DNA of 64,000 nt from Rhodobacterales bacterium (GCA_038323615.1 JBBQHC010000002.1:5015-69014), one strand, 5' to 3'. Positions 1-9,446 are shown, counted from the stretch's first letter. Numbers and translations are program-made. The notes: generated by a model from the sequence alone, not told the origin.

Positions 1-222
1 GGTCAGGCCGCCCTTGGATGTCAAATTGGAAAGCATCGTTTTCACTCCTGTCCAAAGGCCCCTTTGGCCTGTTGCAGAAGTTTGACGGGTCGCATCCCGC
101 GATCCTTGGAGGGCGGCGAAATTTTCCTGCGCCAGCCGCAGGTGTGCTGCCCGCGTCGCGGGATCCGGGCGGGGGGTGGCGCGGGTCAGCGCCGATTTCA
201 GGTCGTCGAGGTCGTCTGTCAT
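1..222 (-). CDS. putative anti-sigma factor, N-terminal 74 codons only (gene continues past left edge)
   Basis: The minus strand is open from ATG 222 to the window edge (MTDDLDDLKSALTRATPRPDP...GLWTGVKTMLSNLTSKGGLT). Its ATG overlaps the TGA of the upstream ECF sigma gene (ATGA at 219-222), the usual sigma/anti-sigma arrangement. It is absent from the ORF track because there is no stop in the window. Confidence 0.55.
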   Translation of the reverse strand, partial: MTDDLDDLKSALTRATPRPDPATRAAHLRLAQENFAALQGSRDATRQTSATGQRGLWTGVKTMLSNLTSKGGLT

Positions 223-761
223 AGCGCCTCCTCCGTTTCCTTGATGCCGCGCAGCCGTTTCTTGGCTTCGGATATGCGCCAGCTGATCGTGCCTTCGCTG
301 ACGCCCAGAATCTCGGCGGCTTCGGCATGGGTCACATCATCGAGAACCAGCGCGAGGGTATCACGCAGGTCGTCGTTCAGATGCGCCATCGCGCGGTGCA
401 GCCAGTCAAGCTGATCGCGACCTTCGTCGATGACGGCCTGCCGGTTCAGCTCCCAGTCGCCCCAGCCGTCACTGGCCTTAGCATGGGTCGCACGGCGGCG
501 CCGCCGGTCGTGCGCGGCATTGACGGCGACGCGGTAGAGCCATGTCGTGACCCGCGCCTGACCCCGGTAACTCCCCAGTTTGGCAGGCAGGGCGGCGCAG
601 ATGTCTTGCGTCAGATCCTCGGCCTCGGCCCGGTGGCCGGTCAGCCGAAAGCACAGAGCGAACAGGCGGTCGTATTGTCGTTCCAACAGGCTGGCGAAGG
701 CCTGCCCGTCACCACCCGCGGCCGCAAGGGCCAGATCCTCGTCGCTGGTTTTCATGCGCAT
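219..761 (-). CDS. ECF-type RNA polymerase sigma-70 factor
   Basis: Sigma-70 region 2 (AEDLTQDI...TWLYRVAVNAAHDRRRR) and a region 4 HTH (THAEAAEILGVSEGTISWRISEAKKRL). The track ORF starts at TTG 863. ATG 761 or 755 gives the typical ~180 aa. An ECF-like GAAC-N15-CGT motif lies upstream at 808-830 (minus strand). Confidence 0.85.
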   Translation of the reverse strand: MRMKTSDEDLALAAAGGDGQAFASLLERQYDRLFALCFRLTGHRAEAEDLTQDICAALPAKLGSYRGQARVTTWLYRVAVNAAHDRRRRRATHAKASDGWGDWELNRQAVIDEGRDQLDWLHRAMAHLNDDLRDTLALVLDDVTHAEAAEILGVSEGTISWRISEAKKRLRGIKETEEAL

Positions 762-920
762 CACCTGACTAAGACGCAAGCGCTGCGTCAATCCTTGGCG
801 GTGCGGCACGATTTTTTCCCCTGCGGTTCGCCCGATCACGGATTTGTCGGATTTTCGCGACAATCCCGCCGCCTTTGACCCCTAGCATCCAACCAGCAAA
901 AACCATGCAAAGGAGAAACC

Positions 921-1064
921 ATGTCTGTTGTTTTTGACTGGGTCGGCGCGAATTCGCTGCTGACCATCGCCATCGCCGCTTTCGCCTGCGGTGTTGCCCT
1001 GTTCTATCTGGTCATGCGCCGCACCCAGAAACACCGGATCGCAGCGGCCAAGTCGGAGGCCTGA
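921..1064 (+). CDS. small single-pass membrane protein (47 aa)
   Basis: ATG 921 lies 6 nt after AAAGGAG. Product MSVVFDWVGANSLLTIAIAAFACGVALFYLVMRRTQKHRIAAAKSEA has one hydrophobic helix and a basic tail. It is below the ORF-track size cutoff and divergent from the ECF sigma gene. Confidence 0.5.
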   Translation: MSVVFDWVGANSLLTIAIAAFACGVALFYLVMRRTQKHRIAAAKSEA

Positions 1065-1121
1065 TGGCCAGTCCCGGGCAGGTCGCGCCAGATTGCACGG
1101 CCTGTCCGGAACGCGCAGAGA

Positions 1122-1475
1122 TCAGTCGAGCCTGAAATCGAAGTGCTTGCGCACTGTTTCGTGGATTTCCCACGTGCCTTTGAAATCCTTTTCCACGACG
1201 AACGCGTCGCCGGGGCCGACATCGACCGGGGTGCCGCCATCGGGCGTGATCGTGATCCGCCCTTCGATCATGTGGACAAATTCGTAAGCCGTGTAGGTGG
1301 CGTGCCAGGTGCCCGGTGTCGCCTCCCAATGGCCGGCCATCATGGTGCCGTCGGCGGCGGTGTGCAGCACCCAGGTTTTCATCGTCGGGGTGCCTGCGGT
1401 CACCACCCAGCCGTCAAGCGTGGCGTCGGACGGGGTGACAGTGGTCAGGGCGGGCAGTTTGGTGATCGTTTGCAT
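1122..1475 (-). CDS. cupin domain protein (DUF861/EutQ-like)
   Basis: 117 aa with a cupin-type core (GTWHATYTAYEFVHMIEGRITITPDGG...GDAFVVEKDFKGTWE). Confidence 0.7.
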   Translation of the reverse strand: MQTITKLPALTTVTPSDATLDGWVVTAGTPTMKTWVLHTAADGTMMAGHWEATPGTWHATYTAYEFVHMIEGRITITPDGGTPVDVGPGDAFVVEKDFKGTWEIHETVRKHFDFRLD

Positions 1476-1488
1476 ATGCGGCTTTCAG

Positions 1489-1514
1489 GTAAGATGGGTT
1501 CAAACCCATCCTAC
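1489..1514. repeat. REP palindrome (GTAAGATGGGTTCAAACCCATCCTAC)
   Basis: Near-perfect 26-nt palindrome in the gap between two minus-strand genes. It belongs to the same family as the hairpins flanking the RAYT gene at 43.2-43.9 kb. Confidence 0.75.
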
Positions 1515-1552
1515 GCAGGACCGCGCGGCGGCGATACGCCAAAACCGGCGTG

Positions 1553-2143
1553 TCAGTATTCGTTAAGCCCCTTGCCCTCGAATATCTTGGGCGCGGCGCG
1601 GTCGATCCTCGCGGTGCGGGTCGCCGACTGTTTGGCTGCCTCGATGTGCATGACATAGGACCGTTGCCGTCCCGGCGTCAGGGCCTTGAATGCTTCGCGA
1701 AAAGCGTCGTCCTCATCCATCCGGGCCTGTAATTCGGCGGGATAGGTCAGTTCCTTGACGGCCTTGAAATCGACCTTTTCACCGGACTTGTGGATGCCGA
1801 TGGCCTCGGCCACGTACTCCCGCACGGTGGGGGCCTTTTCGGCAATCTCGGCCAACGAGGTAAAGACCATGTGCCGGACAGACTGTGAATTCGGGCCGGG
1901 CTGTTGCAGCAACCCGGCGGGGTCTTTCATCAGCGCACCGCGAAAGAACCCGACGGTCGCCCCGGCCTTGAACGCACTAAGGATCAGGAAATTTTCGCCC
2001 GCGACCTGATACACCGGTTGTCGCCAGCGCAGCACCTCGTCGACTGGAAATTCCAGCACGATCTCGCGCAGCGCGGCCAGTTCGGGACGCCACTTTATGT
2101 CCTTGGCGAAATAGGTCTCGAACCGGGGATTGCGACCAGACAT
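1553..2143 (-). CDS. YdeI/DUF1801 family protein
   Basis: 196 aa. The C-terminal TPGRQRSYVMHIEAAKQSATRTARI motif is typical of YdeI/OmpD-associated proteins. Confidence 0.6.
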   Translation of the reverse strand: MSGRNPRFETYFAKDIKWRPELAALREIVLEFPVDEVLRWRQPVYQVAGENFLILSAFKAGATVGFFRGALMKDPAGLLQQPGPNSQSVRHMVFTSLAEIAEKAPTVREYVAEAIGIHKSGEKVDFKAVKELTYPAELQARMDEDDAFREAFKALTPGRQRSYVMHIEAAKQSATRTARIDRAAPKIFEGKGLNEY

Positions 2144-2152
2144 TGCGACCCC

Positions 2153-3631
2153 TCAGACACTCGTGCAGATGTATTTCATCTCAAGGTAATCCTCGATCCC
2201 GTGGCGTGACCCTTCACGGCCCAGCCCCGATTGTTTGACGCCGCCGAACGGCGCCACCTCGGTCGAGATGATGCCGGTGTTGACGCCGACGATCCCGTAC
2301 TCCAGCGCCTCCGCCACACGGGTGACGCGGGAGATGTCCTTGGCGTAGAAATAGGACGCGAGGCCGAAAATCGTGTCGTTGGCCTGTGCGATCACATCGT
2401 CCTCGTCTTCGAACATGAACAGCGGCGCGAAGGGGCCGAATGTTTCGTCCGTCGCGACCAGCATGTCGGGGGTCGCGTGGGTGACGATGGTCGGTTCAAA
2501 GAACTGGCCGCCCAGTTTGTGGTCATGGCCGCCGGTCAACAGCTTGCCGCCTTTGGCAAGTGCGTCAGCCAGATGTTCGCGGACCTTGTCGAGAGCCGCA
2601 GGTTCGATCAGCGGGCCGAGGGTGACACCATCCGTCAGGCCATCGCCGACTTTCAGTTTCTCGACGGCGACCTTCAGCTTGGCCGAAAACGCCTCATAGA
2701 CACCCTTTTGCACGTAAATCCGGTTGGCGCAGACGCAGGTCTGGCCGTTGTTGCGGAATTTGCAGGCGATGGCGCCGATCACCGCTTCGTCCAGATCGGC
2801 GTCGTCGAACACGATAAACGGCGCGTTGCCGCCCAGTTCCATCGAGCATTTCATTACCTGATCGGCGGCCTGTTTCAGCAGGATGCGGCCGACTTCGGTC
2901 GAGCCGGTAAACGTCAATTTGCGCACTTTGGGGTTTTCGCAGAATTCCTTGCCGACTTCGGAGGATTTCGACGAGGTGACGATGGACAGCACGCCTTTGG
3001 GCACGCCCGCTTCCTCGGCCAGTTTCGCCAGCGCCAGCGCCGACAGCGGAGTCAGGGACGCCGGGCGCAGCACGAAGGCGCAACCGGCGGCCAGCGCGGG
3101 TGCGGCCTTGCGGGTGATCATCGCGGCGGGAAAGTTCCACGGGGTGATCCCGGCGGCGACGCCGATCGGTTGCTTGATAACGGTGATCCGTTTGTCAGGC
3201 ATGTGGCCGGGGATGGTTTCGCCATAGATGCGTTTGGCCTCTTCGCCGAACCATTCGATGAACGACGCGGCATAGGCGATCTCGCCCTTTGATTCGGCCA
3301 GCGGTTTGCCCTGTTCGGCGGTCATGATGATCGCCAGATCGTCCTGATTGGCCATCATCAGGTCGAACCATTTGCGCATGACATTGGCCCGCGCCTTGCC
3401 GGTCAGGGCGGCCCATTTCTTTTGCGCGGTATAGGCCACGTCAATGGCCCCGGCGATTTCGGCGCGGCTCAGATCGGCCACTTGGGCGATTTCGTCGCCG
3501 CGCGCCGGGTTGGTGACGGCAAAGGTCTTGCCGTCTGCCGCAGCCTTCCACTCGCCGCCGACAAAGGCCTTGTCGCAGACCAGTGACGGGTTCTTGAGCA
3601 TGGATTTCAGGTTTGTGACGTGATCGAGCAT
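2153..3631 (-). CDS. gabD: succinate-semialdehyde dehydrogenase [NAD(P)+]
   Basis: ALDH superfamily with MELGGNAPFIVF (catalytic Glu) and FRNNGQTCVCANR (catalytic Cys). The N-terminus MLDHVTNLKSMLKNPSLV...FVGGEW is GabD-like. The start is moved to ATG 3631 (492 aa), because the 656-aa track ORF has an implausible Arg/Pro-rich extension. Confidence 0.85.
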   Translation of the reverse strand: MLDHVTNLKSMLKNPSLVCDKAFVGGEWKAAADGKTFAVTNPARGDEIAQVADLSRAEIAGAIDVAYTAQKKWAALTGKARANVMRKWFDLMMANQDDLAIIMTAEQGKPLAESKGEIAYAASFIEWFGEEAKRIYGETIPGHMPDKRITVIKQPIGVAAGITPWNFPAAMITRKAAPALAAGCAFVLRPASLTPLSALALAKLAEEAGVPKGVLSIVTSSKSSEVGKEFCENPKVRKLTFTGSTEVGRILLKQAADQVMKCSMELGGNAPFIVFDDADLDEAVIGAIACKFRNNGQTCVCANRIYVQKGVYEAFSAKLKVAVEKLKVGDGLTDGVTLGPLIEPAALDKVREHLADALAKGGKLLTGGHDHKLGGQFFEPTIVTHATPDMLVATDETFGPFAPLFMFEDEDDVIAQANDTIFGLASYFYAKDISRVTRVAEALEYGIVGVNTGIISTEVAPFGGVKQSGLGREGSRHGIEDYLEMKYICTSV

Positions 3632-3706
3632 GACAGCCTCCGCAAAATTTGACCTTATGAGAACCACGGGGCGGGCCAAAGGTCCAGCGGGAACGGGGAA
3701 GCGGGT

Positions 3707-4483
3707 TTGGGACAGCTGGACGATGCCTATGCCAACGGCGCATACATTGCGAACGGCGCGGCCTATCCGGGTCTGTGGACCGCACGGGCGGCGGCGTTTC
3801 GGGCTGGCGCATTGGGCCGACTGGATCAGCCATACGGGCCACGGGCACGCGAGCGGTTCGATCTGTTCCTGCCCGACGGTCCGCCGTTGGGGACGGTGGT
3901 GTTCGTGCATGGTGGCTATTGGCTCGAGGGCGACAAATCGCTCTGGTCGCATCTGGCGGCGGGGCCGGTGGCCCAGGGTTGGGCCGTCGCGGTGCCCTCC
4001 TATGATCTGTGTCCGACCGTGCGGATTGCCGACATTACCCGGCAGATCGCACTCGCCATTGCGGTGATCGCCGACCGGATGCCGGGGCCGCTGCGCCTGT
4101 GCGGTCATTCGGCGGGCGGGCATCTGGTGGCGCGGATGGCTTGCGACGATCTGGCACCCGATTGGCGCGACAGGGTGCAGCGGATCGTCCCGATCTCGGC
4201 GCTGTCCGATCTGGCGCCGCTGATGCAGACAGGCATGAACGCAGTGCTGCGCCTTGATCGGGCCGAGGCGCGGGCCGAAAGTCCGCTGTTGCTTGGATGG
4301 TCCGGGGTGCCGGTGACGCTGTGGGTCGGGACGGACGAACGGCCAGCGTTTCTGGACCAGTCACGGCAGTTGTCGGCGCGGTGGCAGGTGCCGGTGGTGG
4401 TCGATCCGGGGCGGCACCATTTCGATGTGATCGAAGGATTGTCGGATCCGCGCAGCCAATTGACGGCGACGCTGTTGGGGTGA
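3707..4483 (+). CDS. alpha/beta hydrolase (esterase/formamidase-like)
   Basis: HGGYW oxyanion motif and GHSAGGH nucleophile elbow. TTG start at 3707. Confidence 0.7.
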   Translation: MGQLDDAYANGAYIANGAAYPGLWTARAAAFRAGALGRLDQPYGPRARERFDLFLPDGPPLGTVVFVHGGYWLEGDKSLWSHLAAGPVAQGWAVAVPSYDLCPTVRIADITRQIALAIAVIADRMPGPLRLCGHSAGGHLVARMACDDLAPDWRDRVQRIVPISALSDLAPLMQTGMNAVLRLDRAEARAESPLLLGWSGVPVTLWVGTDERPAFLDQSRQLSARWQVPVVVDPGRHHFDVIEGLSDPRSQLTATLLG

Positions 4484-4488
4484 GTCTT

Positions 4489-4540
4489 GGGGCGCTGCCC
4501 CAAACCCCGGAATATTTTTAGCCAAAAGAAGCTGGAAGTG
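4489..4540. repeat. mosaic intergenic element, copy 1 (GC hairpin plus AT-rich block)
   Basis: GGGGCGCTGCCCC hairpin followed by CCGGAATATTTTTAGCCAAAAGAAGCTG. The same blocks recur at 11.8, 23.8, 34.9 and 52.8 kb. Confidence 0.75.
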
Positions 4541-4542
4541 GA

Positions 4543-5517
4543 TCAGCCAAAGCGGGATTTCCAGGTGGGGAACGGGTCGCTGTCTGCCGGGGTCGCGAGG
4601 TAAACCGCGCGGGCGATGGCGCGGGCCATGCAGGTGGCGGCCGCATGGCCAAGCAGGACTGCGTCCGTGGCGGCCCGTGCTCTGGTGCTGGCGGCAAAGA
4701 TCAGATCGCCGTCGAGCGGCGTGTGGCTGGGCAGCAGAGCGCGGGCGAAACCGTCGTGGGCGGCGGTGGCGAGGCGGGTGCATTGGCTTTGGGTCAGTGT
4801 CGCGTCGGTGGCGACGATGCCGATGGTGGTGTTGCGGCCGGGGCCGGTTTTGGTCGCGGGCGGGCCTTTGGGGAAGGTGGGGGCGGGGCCAATCCCGCCG
4901 AATTCGCCGCCCTCTTCCCAAGGCGCGGCCCAGAAATGCGCCCCATCGCCCACCGTCGCCGACCCCAGCGCGTTGACCGCGACCAGCGCCCCGACCGTCG
5001 TGCCATCAGGCAAAACGCAAGAAGCCGAGCCGAGGCCGCCCTTGAGCGTGGCGGTGGTTGCCCCGGTTCCGGCGCCGATTGTGCCAAGGGCGAAACCGGC
5101 GGTCGCGGCGGTCAGGGCGGTGCGGCCAAGCGCGTTGTAGGGGTTGGCCACCCAACCTTTGTCCCCGCCGTTCAGCAGATCGAACAGGATCGCCGCCGGG
5201 ACGATCGGCACCCGCACGGGACCGACCGGAAAACCGCGCCCGATCTCGCGCAGCCCGTCCGCGACCCCTGACGCCGCATCAAGGCCAAAGGCCGATCCGC
5301 CAGCCAGCACCAGCGCATCGACCTGTTCGACCAGCCGGTCGGGGGCCAGCAAATCGGTTTCGCGGCTGCCCGGTGCGCCGCCCATGACAAAAACGCCCGC
5401 GGTAAAGGGCGCGTCGGCGACCAGCAAGGTGACCCCGGATTTAAGCCGGGCATCATTGGCATTGCCCACCCGCAGGCCCGCCACATCGGTGATCAGGTTG
5501 CGCTGTCCCGGTCTCAT
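4543..5517 (-). CDS. P1/S58 family peptidase (DmpA-like L-aminopeptidase/D-esterase)
   Basis: MRPGQRNLITDVAGLRVGN..., GGAPGSRETDLL and GRNTTIGIVATDATLT are typical of the DmpA/BapA family. The start is set at ATG 5517 (324 aa) rather than the 485-aa track ORF. Confidence 0.85.
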   Translation of the reverse strand: MRPGQRNLITDVAGLRVGNANDARLKSGVTLLVADAPFTAGVFVMGGAPGSRETDLLAPDRLVEQVDALVLAGGSAFGLDAASGVADGLREIGRGFPVGPVRVPIVPAAILFDLLNGGDKGWVANPYNALGRTALTAATAGFALGTIGAGTGATTATLKGGLGSASCVLPDGTTVGALVAVNALGSATVGDGAHFWAAPWEEGGEFGGIGPAPTFPKGPPATKTGPGRNTTIGIVATDATLTQSQCTRLATAAHDGFARALLPSHTPLDGDLIFAASTRARAATDAVLLGHAAATCMARAIARAVYLATPADSDPFPTWKSRFG

Positions 5518-5933
5518 GCCGGCACCAGATAGGGGCCGACGTAGGTCAGGCGCGGCGTGTTGTTCAGGGTATAGGGCAGGCCTGCGAACGCGTCCTCGGC
5601 TACCACGACCAGCGTATCGGCGCCGTGCATGTGCAACATCATATCCTCGACCAGCCCGGGATCGAACCAGCCGTCCAGCATCGGGCGCACCGCCGGGCCA
5701 AAGGCGACGGTGACATGGGCCGGGTCGACGAAAGCCCCCGGCAGGTCGATGGTCAGTTGCACCGGGTGCATCTCGTCGGCGCTGGCGTAGCAATAGGCGC
5801 GGGCGTTCGACTCGGACCGGAACTTGCCGTGGAAAAGGTGCAGCCGCGCCTTGCCCGGTGGGGGTGGTGTGGCGATGTCGGGGATCGGCGGGCGTGGCGT
5901 CAGCAGGGCGGCAAGGCGTGACCAGACTGTCAT
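5514..5933 (-). CDS. hypothetical protein (139 aa)
   Basis: ATG 5933. Its stop overlaps the peptidase start (ATGA at 5514-5517). Codon use is typical of the host. I recognise no motif with confidence. Confidence 0.6.
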   Translation of the reverse strand: MTVWSRLAALLTPRPPIPDIATPPPPGKARLHLFHGKFRSESNARAYCYASADEMHPVQLTIDLPGAFVDPAHVTVAFGPAVRPMLDGWFDPGLVEDMMLHMHGADTLVVVAEDAFAGLPYTLNNTPRLTYVGPYLVPA

Positions 5934-6074
5934 GGCGGCCCTCCCTTTCGTGACTGTGCCCCGGTGCCAGACTGGACCGGGATCGTTGTTTTGTCATCAC
6001 GGTTTTGTGGGTGCCTTGTGCCGGGACAGTGCCGTGATACCTCTGGCCCCCAAACCCGCATCAGGAGCAGCGCG

Positions 6075-6926
6075 ATGACCGACACCTACACTCCGCCCAA
6101 AGTCTGGACCTGGGACAAGGACAGCGGCGGCACCTGGGCCAGCACCAACCGGCCGATTGCCGGGCCAACGCACGACAAGGTGCTGCCGGTCGGCAAGCAT
6201 CCGTTCCAGTTGTATTCCCTCGCCACGCCCAACGGCGTCAAGGTGACGGTGATGCTCGAGGAATTGCTCGCGGCAGGTCACGCCGCCGATTACGACGCAT
6301 GGCTGATCAAGATCAGCGACGGCGACCAGTTCGGCAGCGGTTTTGTCGAAGTGAATCCGAATTCCAAGATCCCGGCGTTGATGGACCGCTCCGGCCCGAC
6401 CCCGGTACGGGTGTTCGAAAGCGGCGCGATTCTGTTGCATTTGGCCGAGAAATTCGGGGCGTTTCTGCCCAAAGACGGACCGGAGCGCACCGAGGTGATG
6501 AACTGGCTGTTCTGGCAGATGGGCAGCGCACCCTATCTGGGCGGCGGCTTTGGCCATTTCTACGCCTATGCGCCGGAAAAATACGAATACCCGATCAACC
6601 GTTTCGCGATGGAGGCCAAGCGCCAGTTGGACGTTCTGGATCGGCAACTGGCCGAAACCGTATTCATCGCCGGTTCCGATTATTCCATCGCCGACATGGC
6701 GATCTGGGCTTGGTTTGGCAATCTTGCCTTGGGGCGGCAGTACGATGCGGGCGAATTCCTTGACGTTCAGTCCTACAAAAACGTCCAGCGCTGGGCGCAG
6801 GCCATTGATGCGCGTCCGGCGGTGATCCGCGGCAGGATGGTCAACCGCACATGGGGCGAGCCGTGGGAGCAACTGCCCGAACGCCACGCCGCCAGCGATT
6901 TCGACGCAGTGCCGAAAAAGCCCTAG
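6075..6926 (+). CDS. yghU: Nu-class glutathione S-transferase-like protein
   Basis: 283 aa, collinear with my recollection of E. coli YghU (WTWDK..GG.WAS.NRPIAG, FQLYSLATPNGVKVT, NPNSKIPAL). Confidence 0.85.
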   Translation: MTDTYTPPKVWTWDKDSGGTWASTNRPIAGPTHDKVLPVGKHPFQLYSLATPNGVKVTVMLEELLAAGHAADYDAWLIKISDGDQFGSGFVEVNPNSKIPALMDRSGPTPVRVFESGAILLHLAEKFGAFLPKDGPERTEVMNWLFWQMGSAPYLGGGFGHFYAYAPEKYEYPINRFAMEAKRQLDVLDRQLAETVFIAGSDYSIADMAIWAWFGNLALGRQYDAGEFLDVQSYKNVQRWAQAIDARPAVIRGRMVNRTWGEPWEQLPERHAASDFDAVPKKP

Positions 6927-7080
6927 CGCAAGACCGCGCCGGGGATTATGAGGTTGCTTGAGCATATGGCGATGGCGTCGCCAAGGGTTCCGACCCGTCG
7001 CTTGGTGCCCCACTTGCACCCCCGTCCTGAACGCCCGGACCTTTCGGGGCTCCATCGGCCCCGTTTCTATGAGGTCGACA

Positions 7081-8286
7081 ATGACAAACCGTCCCGAATT
7101 CTACCGCTTTCATCAAGGTGACAGGGTGCTGCCCTTTGCCGCCGCCGAATATGACGCCCGCCTGACAGGGCTGCGTGCGATCATGGCGAAAACCGGGGTT
7201 GATGCCTGTGTTTTCACCTCGATGCACAACATCGCCTATTATTCCGGGTTCCTGTATTGCAGCTTTGGTCGGCCCTACGGGCTGGTCGTCACTGCTACCG
7301 AAAGCGTCACCATCAGCGCGGGTATCGACGCGGCGCAGCCGTGGCGGCGCTGTCATGGCGACAACATCACCTACACCGACTGGCAGCGCGACAATTACTG
7401 GCGGGCGATCCTGTCGGTGACCGGACCGAGCCGCGTCATCGGGATCGAAGCCGATCACCTGACCCTGTTGCAAAGCCAAAAGCTGACGGCGTTCCTGACG
7501 CCTTCGAAAACGGTGGACATCGCCCCCGACACCATGCGCCAGCGGATGCACAAATCGCCCGCCGAATTGGCGATCATCCGGGCCGGGGCGCATACCGCCG
7601 ATGTGGGCGGCTATGCGATCAAGGATGCGATCAGCGTCGGCACCCGCGAGATCGACGTGGCGATGGCAGGGCGTGACGCGATGGAAACCGAGATCGCGCG
7701 GGCCTTTCCCGATGCCGAATACCGCGATACCTGGGTCTGGTTCCAGTCCGGGATCAACACCGACGGGGCGCATAATCCGGTGACATCGCGGACCCTGGAA
7801 CGCGGCGATATTCTGTCGCTGAACACATTCCCGATGATCAGCGGCTACTACACCGCGCTGGAGCGGACGCTGTTCGTCGGTGAGGCCGATCCGGCCAGCT
7901 TGCGGGTCTGGGAGGCCAACGTCGCCGCCCATGAATACGGCATGTCGCTGCTGCTGCCGGGGGCGAAATGTTCGGACATCACCAGTAAAATCAACGATTT
8001 CCTCGAACAACGCCAATTGCTGCAATACCGCACGTTTGGTTATGGGCATTCGTTCGGCGTACTGTCGCATTATTACGGGCGCGAGGCGGGGCTGGAGCTG
8101 CGCGAGGATATCGACACGGTGCTGGAACCCGGCATGGTGATTTCGATGGAACCGATGCTGACCATCCCCGAAGGTCAGCCGGGCGCGGGGGGCTACCGCG
8201 AACACGACATCCTGATCATCACCGAGGACGGCAACGAAGATATCACGAAATATCCTTATGGGCCGGGCTTCAACATCGTCGGCTAG
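7081..8286 (+). CDS. creatinase (creatine amidinohydrolase), M24 family
   Basis: Collinear with Pseudomonas creatinase as I recall it (YYSGFLYCSFGRPY, ITYTDWQRDNYW, WFQSGINTDGAHNPVT, LQYRTFGYGHSFGVLSHYYGREAGLELREDIDTVLEPGMV, GAGGYREHDILI). The start is ATG 7081 or 7069. Confidence 0.85.
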   Translation: MTNRPEFYRFHQGDRVLPFAAAEYDARLTGLRAIMAKTGVDACVFTSMHNIAYYSGFLYCSFGRPYGLVVTATESVTISAGIDAAQPWRRCHGDNITYTDWQRDNYWRAILSVTGPSRVIGIEADHLTLLQSQKLTAFLTPSKTVDIAPDTMRQRMHKSPAELAIIRAGAHTADVGGYAIKDAISVGTREIDVAMAGRDAMETEIARAFPDAEYRDTWVWFQSGINTDGAHNPVTSRTLERGDILSLNTFPMISGYYTALERTLFVGEADPASLRVWEANVAAHEYGMSLLLPGAKCSDITSKINDFLEQRQLLQYRTFGYGHSFGVLSHYYGREAGLELREDIDTVLEPGMVISMEPMLTIPEGQPGAGGYREHDILIITEDGNEDITKYPYGPGFNIVG

Positions 8287-8306
8287 GCCTGTTGCCTGAC
8301 CGGATT

Positions 8307-8348
8307 AACCCCGCGCAGAAACGCAAATTTCGGGCGCGGGGCTTTTGC
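8307..8348 (+). terminator. probable intrinsic terminator after the creatinase gene
   Basis: AACCCCGCGC...GCGCGGGG stem followed by CTTTTGCTTT. Confidence 0.5.
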
Positions 8349-8400
8349 TTTGGCGGATCTACATGCTAGGAAAGCCTGATTCTTTTGCCGAGAGGGCTTC

Positions 8401-9243
8401 ATGACGCTTTTCATACCAAATCGCCGGGCCTTTCTGGCGCTGGCTGGTTCGGCCACGCTGGGCGCCTGCGCCGGGGCCGCACCCGTGTCCGGGCCGATGT
8501 TGCAGCCCAGGGAACAGTTCCTTGACGGCTACGGGCCAATCTACGATTCCGGCTATGAATTGCCCGGCGTCCCGGCCGAATACCTTGTTCCGCCGAACCG
8601 GCAGATCACCGGGCAATATCTGGGCGAACAGCCGCCCGGCACGCTCGATGTCGATCCCTATGCCAAGTTTCTGTATCTGGTCCGCGAGGGGAACAATTCG
8701 GTGCGCTATCCGGTCGGGGTCGGGCGCGCCGGGCGCAGTTTCCGCGGCGATGGCACGATCCAGTTGAAACGCAAATGGCCAAGCTGGACGCCAACCCGCA
8801 ATATGCTGCGCACCGAGCCTGAAATCTATGGCCCGTTTGCAAGCGGCATTCGGGGCGGCTTGCGCAATCCGCTGGGGTCGCGGGCGCTGTATCTGTTCAA
8901 GGGCGGGCGCGACACATACTACCGGATTCACGGCACCAACGATCTGGGTTCGGTCGGCAATTCCGGGTCGGCCGGCTGTATCCGGATGTTCAATCAGGAC
9001 ATCATCGGGCTGTTCGAACTGATCAATATGGGCATGCGGGTGCATGTGCGCGGCGAAGAAGAATCGCAGCGCGTTGATCCCGAGAATTTCAACCGGGGCG
9101 TTGAATTGCCTGCAAAGCAGATCAATCCGGACGAGATTTACAGCGCCGAAGCGATCGCCAACGATCCGCCGCCGATATTTGACGACCCGCGCGACGGGCA
9201 GACGCCGGGCGAGGCCCTGATTGCATCGGACGTGCCGCTTTAG
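8401..9243 (+). CDS. L,D-transpeptidase lipoprotein (YkuD domain)
   Basis: Tat/lipobox-like N-terminus (NRRAFLALAGSATLGAC) and the YkuD catalytic motif HGTNDLGSVGNSGSAGCIRM. Confidence 0.85.
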   Translation: MTLFIPNRRAFLALAGSATLGACAGAAPVSGPMLQPREQFLDGYGPIYDSGYELPGVPAEYLVPPNRQITGQYLGEQPPGTLDVDPYAKFLYLVREGNNSVRYPVGVGRAGRSFRGDGTIQLKRKWPSWTPTRNMLRTEPEIYGPFASGIRGGLRNPLGSRALYLFKGGRDTYYRIHGTNDLGSVGNSGSAGCIRMFNQDIIGLFELINMGMRVHVRGEEESQRVDPENFNRGVELPAKQINPDEIYSAEAIANDPPPIFDDPRDGQTPGEALIASDVPL

Positions 9244-9446
9244 ACGGATCACGGGTGGTCGGGATTACCGCCCAAATACCAGCAAAGCCGGGGTGCAGTA
9301 CGAAACTGCCTCCGGCTTTGCCCGTTCCGGGGGCGGGCTTTGGCGCCAGCAAAATGGGCTGTCTGCGCCAAAACCGGGTGACGCCCCTTTGTAAATCCGG
9401 CTAACATCCCATAGATCAACAACACGTTATTTCAGCGAGGACCGTC

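Noticed and set aside
3632-4123. N-terminal extension making gabD 656 aa
   Set aside because: The extension is Arg/Pro-rich, overlaps the divergent hydrolase gene, and precedes a perfectly good GabD N-terminus at ATG 3631. I rejected similar over-long track ORFs for the peptidase (to 6000), the Zn-ADH (to 36335), the kinase (from 22343), aroA (from 53603) and fabA (to 42677).
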